DNA of 64,000 nucleotides from Escherichia coli (GTDB lineage Bacteria; Pseudomonadota; Gammaproteobacteria; Enterobacterales; Enterobacteriaceae): NCBI RefSeq assembly GCF_013122565.1, contig NZ_CP053258.1; one strand, 5' to 3'. Shown piece by piece: positions 56,529 to 64,000 of this stretch (position 1 is its first letter; each line of letters starts with the position of its first letter). The notes under the pieces were generated by a model. It saw only the letters and a program-made list of their open reading frames with translations, ran no database searches and was not told where the DNA came from. The position numbers and the translations under genes were made by a program.

Positions 56529-57610
56529 TTATATTTTTTACTTTTCTACTTTTCTACTTTTTTATTTTTCTTTCATTGCTTCCTGTTTTAATTAAAGAGA
56601 GAACTAGAGGGAATGGCAAATATTTTTATTTCTTTGATTTATATATTTACTTAGTATTAGCTAGTCTTATTATTTATATAATTTGTACACGAGATATTTT
56701 TTCTGACTCCGATACAGAACGTTATCTTAGTATATTAGAATATTATAGAATAAATGGCTTTTATCTTTTTGATAAGAACTATATTTTTGCTGTGTATACA
56801 TATTTGTACTCTCTATATATAGATGGTTACTATATGTATATGATAATCCCACTTATTACCCTGCTATATTCATATTGTAAGTTAGTAAAACCACTAAAAT
56901 ATCCTGTTTATAGTTTTTCTTTAGTATTAATAGCAACATTTCCTGTTTTTTGGCAATTGAGCGCAAGCGCATTTAAACAATGCATTGCAATATCTTTTAT
57001 TCTTTTAGCATTAGTGCATATTATACAAACAAAATATAAACAAGCGGTGCTTTTATCTCTTATAGCTAGTTCCTTCCATTTCACAGCATTAACATTTTTT
57101 ATATTTTCGTTGTTTTTCTATATTAGAAAGGAAAGGGTCAGTTTAAATTTATTTTTTTTTATTTGGTTTTTTAGTGTCATTTTTAGCATAAGCGGATTAA
57201 ATTCGTATATTCCTTCAATTATACCTTTTTATGATTTAGTGGGTGAAAGTAAGGTCAATATTTATCTTGAATCAACAAATAATGCAACTGGTTTTCGTGT
57301 TGATTTCTTTTTGTTTTCACTAGCCCCTGTGTTAATTATATTTATTAACAGAACATTAGTAATAAAAGATCGCTATATTAAAATGATTGCATTAAGTTAT
57401 TTATATTTCAATTCTATATATAATATAATGTCATTCATCCCATTTTCAGATAGAGTTGCCGCATATTCATGGTGTCTTTCCCCCATTATTCTATTATGGA
57501 GTGCTCTTAAGTGTAGATCATCAATTTATATGTTAAGTTCTATAGGGATTGCGTTATTAAATCCTTTGATTTTTATGTACTATAATTCATTGTTTATTTT
57601 TTTAAAGTGA
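56525..57610 (+). CDS. wzy: O-antigen polymerase Wzy (361 aa)
   Basis: Extremely hydrophobic, F/I/L/Y-rich multi-TM protein with no soluble catalytic domain; typical Wzy size and location. Confidence 0.65.
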   Translation: MIIFFTFLLFYFFIFLSLLPVLIKERTRGNGKYFYFFDLYIYLVLASLIIYIICTRDIFSDSDTERYLSILEYYRINGFYLFDKNYIFAVYTYLYSLYIDGYYMYMIIPLITLLYSYCKLVKPLKYPVYSFSLVLIATFPVFWQLSASAFKQCIAISFILLALVHIIQTKYKQAVLLSLIASSFHFTALTFFIFSLFFYIRKERVSLNLFFFIWFFSVIFSISGLNSYIPSIIPFYDLVGESKVNIYLESTNNATGFRVDFFLFSLAPVLIIFINRTLVIKDRYIKMIALSYLYFNSIYNIMSFIPFSDRVAAYSWCLSPIILLWSALKCRSSIYMLSSIGIALLNPLIFMYYNSLFIFLK

Positions 57611-57616
57611 GTATAT

Positions 57617-58630
57617 ATGTTTAACGGTAAAAAGATTTTAATCACTGGTGGTACTGGGTCATTTGGTAATGCAGTGTTACGTCGGTTTCTTGAGACAGAT
57701 ATTCAAGAGGTTATTATTTTCAGTAGAGATGAAAAAAAACAAGATGAGATGAGAACGCTATATCGCAATGATAAAATGAAATTTATTATAGGTGATATTA
57801 GAGATTATACATCTGTTTTAGCTGCAACTAGTGACGTTGACTATATATTCCATGCTGCGGCTTTAAAACAGGTGCCTTCATGTGAATTTTATCCATGGGA
57901 AGCAGTTAAAACGAATATAATTGGTACAGAAAATTTATTAAATGCTGCAAAACAAAATAAAGTTAAAAAAACAATTTGTTTGAGCACTGATAAAGCTGTG
58001 TATCCAATTAACGCAATGGGAATTTCGAAGGCTATGATGGAAAAAGTGATGACAGCAAAGGCTAGGACGTTCAACAATGAAGATTCAGTTGTTTGCGGAA
58101 CTCGTTATGGCAATGTTATGGCATCACGCGGCTCTGTTATCCCTCTGTTCATTCAGCAGATTCAAACAAATCAACCATTAACTATAACAGACCCTGAAAT
58201 GACTAGATTCATGATGACGTTAGATGATGCTGTAGATCTCGTATTATTTGCATTTAATAACGGGCAAAACGGTGACATTTTTGTTCAGAAAGCGCCTGCC
58301 GCGACAATTGCTGTGCTTGCTAAAGCATTAGTTGAATTGATGGGGGTGCCAAACCATCCTATTAAAGTAGTTGGTTCACGTCATGGGGAAAAGATATATG
58401 AAACCTTACTTAGCCGTGAAGAAATGGCAAAAGCGATTGATCATGGAGATTATTATCAGATTCAACCAGATAATCGTGATCTGAATTATGACAAATATTT
58501 AAGCGAAGGGAGTAAAAAAATTGAGCTGTTTGATGATTACAATTCCCATAATACATATAGACTCAATGTTGATGAAATGAAAAAATTATTGTTAAAACTC
58601 AATATCATTCAAAATGTGTTAAATAGTTAA
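57617..58630 (+). CDS. UDP-GlcNAc 4,6-dehydratase/5-epimerase, FnlA/WbjB/CapE/WbvB-like (337 aa)
   Basis: N-terminus MFNGKKILITGGTGSFGNAVLRRFL... and overall size match the short-form CapD-like dehydratases that start 2-acetamido-2,6-dideoxy-L-hexose synthesis. Confidence 0.8.
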   Translation: MFNGKKILITGGTGSFGNAVLRRFLETDIQEVIIFSRDEKKQDEMRTLYRNDKMKFIIGDIRDYTSVLAATSDVDYIFHAAALKQVPSCEFYPWEAVKTNIIGTENLLNAAKQNKVKKTICLSTDKAVYPINAMGISKAMMEKVMTAKARTFNNEDSVVCGTRYGNVMASRGSVIPLFIQQIQTNQPLTITDPEMTRFMMTLDDAVDLVLFAFNNGQNGDIFVQKAPAATIAVLAKALVELMGVPNHPIKVVGSRHGEKIYETLLSREEMAKAIDHGDYYQIQPDNRDLNYDKYLSEGSKKIELFDDYNSHNTYRLNVDEMKKLLLKLNIIQNVLNS

Positions 58631-58642
58631 GGATAATTTATA

Positions 58643-59512
58643 ATGCAAAAAATATTGATCTTAGGTGTGAGTGGTATGCTTGGGCATACCCTCTTTCGTT
58701 TTTTATCATCTCAGCAGGATCTTTTAGTAACTGGTACAGTACGCCATATTACGCAAGAAATAAAATTAGTATCATCTAAGAATATAGTCCTGATGAGAGA
58801 TGTCTTTAACAAAGAAAAATTAGAAAACATTATAAATTCGAATGATGTTATTATAAATTGCATTGGCGCAATTAAGCAGAAATATGATAATAAAAATACA
58901 GATTATATTCTGTTAAATTCGTACTTTCCACATCTTCTTAATGAAATTTGTATAGAATCTAATAAAAGGCTAATTCATTTCTCAACAGATTGTATTTTTA
59001 ACGGTGAGAAAGGAAATTATGATGATGGTAGTTTATCAAATGTTATAGATATGTATGGTAAATCTAAATATTTAGGTGAGGTTTATGGTGATAAAACACT
59101 TACTTTAAGGACATCATTAATTGGGCATGAATTAAAATCATCGTATAGTTTGATTGATTGGTTTTTGAACTCAAACTCAACTGTCAATGGTTATACAAAA
59201 GCTATTTTCAGTGGATTGCCAACCATAGAAATTGCGCATTTTTTATATGAGCATGTTTTACAATCCCAGTTGCATGGTATTTATAATTTATCAGCAGCAC
59301 CAATTTCAAAATTCGATTTATTGACTTTAGTCAATGAAGTATACAAACTTAATAAAACCATCGTTCCTAAAAGTGACTTTGTGATTGATCGTTCTCTTGA
59401 CTCTCATAGGTTGCGTTCATTAACTAAGTATACACCTCCTGACTGGAATACTCTTGTTGTAAAGATGTATTTAGATTACTTAAGTTTAGGGGCATTGCTT
59501 AATGAAAGATAA
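58643..59512 (+). CDS. RmlD-like NAD(P)H-dependent 4-reductase (WbvR/QnlA-like), 289 aa
   Basis: N-terminal Rossmann motif (ILILGVSGMLGHTL), size typical of dTDP-4-dehydrorhamnose reductase-family enzymes; immediately downstream of the FnlA-like gene. Confidence 0.7.
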   Translation: MQKILILGVSGMLGHTLFRFLSSQQDLLVTGTVRHITQEIKLVSSKNIVLMRDVFNKEKLENIINSNDVIINCIGAIKQKYDNKNTDYILLNSYFPHLLNEICIESNKRLIHFSTDCIFNGEKGNYDDGSLSNVIDMYGKSKYLGEVYGDKTLTLRTSLIGHELKSSYSLIDWFLNSNSTVNGYTKAIFSGLPTIEIAHFLYEHVLQSQLHGIYNLSAAPISKFDLLTLVNEVYKLNKTIVPKSDFVIDRSLDSHRLRSLTKYTPPDWNTLVVKMYLDYLSLGALLNER

Positions 59513-59969
59513 CTTATCTTTTTCTAAACTGATTTCTGAAGCTGAGATTAACTCCAGAAATCGTTCTCATCTTAATTTGCATGAATCTTTTTCTGATCCT
59601 ATACAGAAAACTTTGATTTGCTGTTGTTCGAACACGTATATTCCTCCTCACTATCATAAATTTGCCCATCAAAGTGAATTGTTTATTAGATTAAAAGGAT
59701 GTTTTAGTCTATTAATTTTTTCTGTTGATGGAGTGCTTACCCGTCGTATAACTATAGATGAGGAAAATCCTCTTTATGAGATAAAACCAGGTGTTATTCA
59801 TACGGTGGTAGCTTTAGACAGACATAACATTTTACTTGAAATTAAGAGGGGACCGTATGTCGAATCTGAAGCGAAAAATTTTCCTGATTGGGTAACATTA
59901 GAAAATAGCGATAATCAACTTGATTTAGAGCGATTGCGAACATTGAAGGTCGGTGATAAGTTATCATAA
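59502..59969 (+). CDS. Small cupin-like protein of the WbuC type (155 aa), function unknown
   Basis: 155-aa ORF with His-containing cupin-like motifs (PPHYHKFAHQSELF...GVIHTVVAL); small cupins of this kind accompany FnlA-type genes in O-antigen clusters. Confidence 0.55.
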   Translation: MKDNLSFSKLISEAEINSRNRSHLNLHESFSDPIQKTLICCCSNTYIPPHYHKFAHQSELFIRLKGCFSLLIFSVDGVLTRRITIDEENPLYEIKPGVIHTVVALDRHNILLEIKRGPYVESEAKNFPDWVTLENSDNQLDLERLRTLKVGDKLS

Positions 59970-59994
59970 CAAGGCTATTATAAATTTATTTTAG

Positions 59995-60801
59995 GTGATA
60001 TCTATGCTTCCATTAATATCTATTATTACACCGACATATAATAGAGCATATACTCTAGATCGGTTATATAATTCTTTAGTAACACAAGACTCTGAAAAAT
60101 TCGAATGGATAATAATCGACGATGGTAGTGCAGATGAAACACGGAAGAAATGTTTAGGTTATATAAATGATTCCATTTTTAAAATACAATATTACAAACA
60201 AGATAATAGTGGTAAACCCGCAGCTATCAATTTAGGAGTAACCAAAGCTGTTGGCGATTATATTTTTATTGTAGATAGTGATGATGCTTTAACATTAAAT
60301 GCAATTGGTACTATTTATGACTGTATTGTAAAATACACAGTCGCATCTGACTTTGAATTTTCCGGCTTAGGATTTAGAAAATCTTTTTTTGATGGGAAAA
60401 TGCTCGGCAAACATATTGAGCGGAATACGAATTCACCTATGCTGTTACATAGCACAGATTGTAATAATTTATTTAAAGTCGATTTAGCATATTGTTTTAA
60501 ACGAGAATTGATGATTAAATATCCTTTCCCAAAGTTTAAAGATGAAAAATTTGTTCCAGAACTGTTTATATGGAATAAAATTACAGATGTTGCCAAAGTA
60601 ATATTTTTTCCTAATGTTGTTGTATATTATTGTGAGTATCTGGCTGATGGACTTACAAATAATTTTAAAAAACAACTTCGACATAATCCAATTGGCTTTG
60701 CAGTATACTATAAAGATCAGTTCCATAGAGAACATTCTATATGGGGGAAAATAAAAATGGCAATAAGATATATCCAATGTATTATATATAAATTCATATA
60801 G
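59995..60801 (+). CDS. Glycosyltransferase family 2 (268 aa)
   Basis: GT2 N-terminus (ISIITPTYNRAYTLDRLYNSL...IIIDDGSADET) and a later DXD-containing region (FIVDSDD). Confidence 0.8.
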   Translation: MISMLPLISIITPTYNRAYTLDRLYNSLVTQDSEKFEWIIIDDGSADETRKKCLGYINDSIFKIQYYKQDNSGKPAAINLGVTKAVGDYIFIVDSDDALTLNAIGTIYDCIVKYTVASDFEFSGLGFRKSFFDGKMLGKHIERNTNSPMLLHSTDCNNLFKVDLAYCFKRELMIKYPFPKFKDEKFVPELFIWNKITDVAKVIFFPNVVVYYCEYLADGLTNNFKKQLRHNPIGFAVYYKDQFHREHSIWGKIKMAIRYIQCIIYKFI

Positions 60802-60848
60802 TCATGCAGGGTTCATCCATTCATTTAATTAGTTGCTATGATTTTTAT

Positions 60849-61922
60849 ATGAAAATATTACATGTTGTACCACAGTTAAAGCATGGTGGTGTCGAAACTG
60901 CTGTTTTTAATTCTATTGAAAGGATAAGAAAGAGTGGATATGATTTTAATGTTTTGACTATTGAAAGAGGAAACTGCTTTAACAATTCATATGTAAAAGT
61001 AGAACACTGCTTAAATTCTTCTGTATACAATCCAGTTTGTTTTTATAAATTTATTAGATTTATTCATAAAGAAAAACCTGATTTGATAGTTTATTCTTTA
61101 TGGAAATCTGCATTGTTAGGAATTGCATTGTGTCTTTTAAAACCTTTTCTCAAAAGTAAGCCTAAAACCGCGTTAATTATACATAATACTAGGTTTGCAC
61201 ATTTTGTTGATTACATAATAACAAAACTTTCACTTAAAATAACCGACTCTATATATTTTGATTCGGAAAAATCAAAAGCTTACTTTCTGAATAGAGATTA
61301 TGCAACAGGCGAGGTTATTAGTTTTATCGATAAAAAGATGGTGGCAAAAAAATTTAATAATATCAATGGTGAGATTAAGTTTGTATTTATTGGTAGGTTG
61401 CACTCTCAAAAAGGGGTTGATAGGGCATTAAAATATATACATCTTTTTAAAAAGCAACATGAAGAAATACGATTTGATATATATGGTCCAGACGAAGGAG
61501 AATTGAATAATATTATAAATAAGATAAATAAATTAGGATTGCAGGATAAAGTTGTCTATAAAGGTGTTGTCGATAATAACAAAGTTAATGATATATTAAC
61601 CCAATATGACTTTTATCTTCAATTCAGCCATTTTGAAGGAATGGCAATGTCTGTTGTTGATGCGATGCAGGTTGGGGTTATTCCAATCGTTAATAATGTT
61701 GGTGAGATACCAAATTACGTAAAAAACAATATTAACGGCATTATCTTAGATGATAAAAAGCTTGGTGATGAAAACTATCTTAATTTAAATGTATCATGCT
61801 TATTAAATATCATAAAGAATGATGGTGGGTATTTTTTATATAATAACGCGATAAAGACATTTCAGGATAATAATACTTATGTAGATGACTATATAAAGAA
61901 AATAATAAATGCTAACAACTGA
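60849..61922 (+). CDS. Glycosyltransferase GT4 (GT1-fold) family (~357 aa)
   Basis: Track ORF 60804..61922; start placed at MKILHVVPQLKHGGVE. C-terminal GT4 signature FEGMAMSVVDAMQVGVIPIV. Confidence 0.75.
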   Translation: MKILHVVPQLKHGGVETAVFNSIERIRKSGYDFNVLTIERGNCFNNSYVKVEHCLNSSVYNPVCFYKFIRFIHKEKPDLIVYSLWKSALLGIALCLLKPFLKSKPKTALIIHNTRFAHFVDYIITKLSLKITDSIYFDSEKSKAYFLNRDYATGEVISFIDKKMVAKKFNNINGEIKFVFIGRLHSQKGVDRALKYIHLFKKQHEEIRFDIYGPDEGELNNIINKINKLGLQDKVVYKGVVDNNKVNDILTQYDFYLQFSHFEGMAMSVVDAMQVGVIPIVNNVGEIPNYVKNNINGIILDDKKLGDENYLNLNVSCLLNIIKNDGGYFLYNNAIKTFQDNNTYVDDYIKKIINANN

Positions 61923-62041
61923 TATCATGTGTTAAAATTGATTATTTAAAATGGTTTATATAGCTCCTACTAAATAATTTGGCTTTTTCGTAATGGCTGT
62001 GTAGCCGCAATCTCGCAGTAACCCCCTGACAGGAGTAAACA

Positions 62042-63448
62042 ATGTCAAAGCAACAGATCGGCGTCGTCGGTATGGCAGTGATGGGACGCAACCTTGCGCT
62101 CAACATCGAAAGCCGTGGTTATACCGTCTCTATTTTCAACCGTTCCCGTGAAAAGACGGAAGAAGTGATTGCCGAAAATCCAGGCAAAAAACTGGTTCCT
62201 TACTATACGGTGAAAGAGTTCGTTGAATCTCTTGAAACGCCTCGTCGCATCCTGTTAATGGTGAAAGCAGGTGCAGGCACGGATGCTGCTATTGATTCCC
62301 TCAAACCATATCTCGATAAAGGTGACATCATCATTGATGGTGGTAACACCTTCTTCCAGGACACTATTCGTCGTAATCGTGAGCTTTCAGCAGAGGGCTT
62401 TAACTTCATCGGTACCGGTGTTTCCGGCGGTGAAGAGGGGGCGCTGAAAGGGCCTTCCATTATGCCTGGTGGGCAGAAAGAAGCCTATGAACTGGTTGCT
62501 CCGATCCTGACCAAAATCGCCGCCGTTGCTGAAGATGGCGAACCGTGCGTTACCTATATTGGTGCCGATGGCGCGGGTCACTATGTGAAGATGGTTCACA
62601 ACGGTATTGAATACGGTGATATGCAACTGATTGCTGAAGCCTATTCTCTGCTTAAAGGTGGCCTTAATCTTTCCAACGAAGAACTGGCGCAGACGCTTAC
62701 CGAGTGGAATAACGGTGAACTGAGCAGCTACCTGATCGACATCACCAAAGACATCTTCACTAAAAAAGATGAAGACGGTAACTACCTGGTTGATGTGATC
62801 CTGGATGAAGCGGCTAACAAAGGTACCGGTAAATGGACCAGCCAGAGCGCGCTTGATCTCGGCGAACCGCTGTCGCTGATTACCGAGTCTGTGTTTGCAC
62901 GTTATATCTCTTCTCTGAAAGAGCAGCGTGTTGCCGCATCTAAAGTTCTCTCTGGCCCGCAAGCGCAGCCAGCTGGCGACAAAGGTGAGTTCATCGAAAA
63001 AGTTCGTCGTGCTCTGTATCTGGGCAAAATCGTTTCTTACGCTCAGGGCTTCTCTCAGCTGCGTGCGGCGTCTGAAGAGTACAACTGGGATCTGAATTAC
63101 GGCGAAATCGCGAAGATTTTCCGTGCTGGCTGCATCATCCGTGCGCAGTTCTTGCAGAAAATCACCGATGCTTATGCCGAAAATCCGCAGATCGCTAACC
63201 TGCTGCTGGCTCCGTACTTCAAGCAAATTGCCGATGACTACCAGCAGGCGCTGCGTGATGTCGTTGCTTATGCAGTACAGAACGGTATCCCGGTTCCGAC
63301 CTTCGCTGCTGCGGTTGCCTATTACGATAGCTACCGTGCCGCTGTTCTGCCTGCGAACCTGATCCAGGCACAGCGTGACTATTTCGGTGCGCATACTTAT
63401 AAGCGCATTGATAAAGAAGGTGTGTTCCATACTGAATGGCTGGATTAA
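62042..63448 (+). CDS. gnd: 6-phosphogluconate dehydrogenase (decarboxylating) Gnd (468 aa)
   Basis: 468-aa ORF beginning [30 protein letters not shown]...; GC content returns to core-genome level. Confidence 0.95.
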   Translation: MSKQQIGVVGMAVMGRNLALNIESRGYTVSIFNRSREKTEEVIAENPGKKLVPYYTVKEFVESLETPRRILLMVKAGAGTDAAIDSLKPYLDKGDIIIDGGNTFFQDTIRRNRELSAEGFNFIGTGVSGGEEGALKGPSIMPGGQKEAYELVAPILTKIAAVAEDGEPCVTYIGADGAGHYVKMVHNGIEYGDMQLIAEAYSLLKGGLNLSNEELAQTLTEWNNGELSSYLIDITKDIFTKKDEDGNYLVDVILDEAANKGTGKWTSQSALDLGEPLSLITESVFARYISSLKEQRVAASKVLSGPQAQPAGDKGEFIEKVRRALYLGKIVSYAQGFSQLRAASEEYNWDLNYGEIAKIFRAGCIIRAQFLQKITDAYAENPQIANLLLAPYFKQIADDYQQALRDVVAYAVQNGIPVPTFAAAVAYYDSYRAAVLPANLIQAQRDYFGAHTYKRIDKEGVFHTEWLD

Positions 63449-63473
63449 TCTGATTTAACCAACAATAAAATTG

Positions 63474-63507
63474 AGGCCCGGCGTATATTGCACCGGGCTT
63501 TTTTTTG
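63474..63507 (+). terminator. Rho-independent terminator downstream of gnd
   Basis: GGCCCGGCG-TATATTGCA-CCGGGCTTTTTTTTG: GC-rich stem followed by a T-run of 8. Confidence 0.8.
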
Positions 63508-63687
63508 CCAATTATCTTATAGACTAAATTTCACTGCTTAATATTAACTTAATAAATATCAGCTATTCTTATAAAGAAAATCTGAATTGTTTTTCGTTGC
63601 GTTGACCATCGAACAACGTAGCGTTAAAACTTTTAGCTCTTATCAGGATGCTAAAAACATCATGATTCACAGTTAAGTTAATTCTGA

Positions 63688-64000
<313 letters not shown>

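Overview
This window reads as an Escherichia coli chromosomal segment, in reverse orientation relative to the usual K-12 map. Gene calls rest on ORF length, order and recalled protein sequences; no database search was possible. From left to right it contains: the 5' end of baeS and the mdtDCBA efflux operon (minus strand); a three-unit tandem array of ibs/sib type I toxin-antitoxin loci; yegL-yegK-yegJ-yegI (vWA / PP2C phosphatase / kinase-like module); yegD, alkA, dgcE (yegE), udk, dcd, asmA and yegH; the complete colanic acid cluster wza-wzb-wzc-wcaABCDEF-gmd-fcl-gmm-wcaI-cpsB-cpsG-wcaJ-wzxC-wcaKLM with its JUMPstart/ops leader; galF; then an AT-rich O-antigen cluster that is not the K-12 rfb cluster, followed by gnd and the start of ugd. 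The O-antigen cluster carries an intact ISAs1-family (H-repeat) element and a degenerate second copy flanking a glycosyltransferase gene, plus wzx, wzy, three further glycosyltransferases and a three-gene set predicting a UDP-2-acetamido-2,6-dideoxy-L-hexose precursor. I found no clearly unprecedented system. The most interesting loci are the triple ibs/sib array, the vWA-phosphatase-kinase triad, the IS-scarred O-antigen cluster, and an unexplained REP-flanked structured segment between asmA and yegH.
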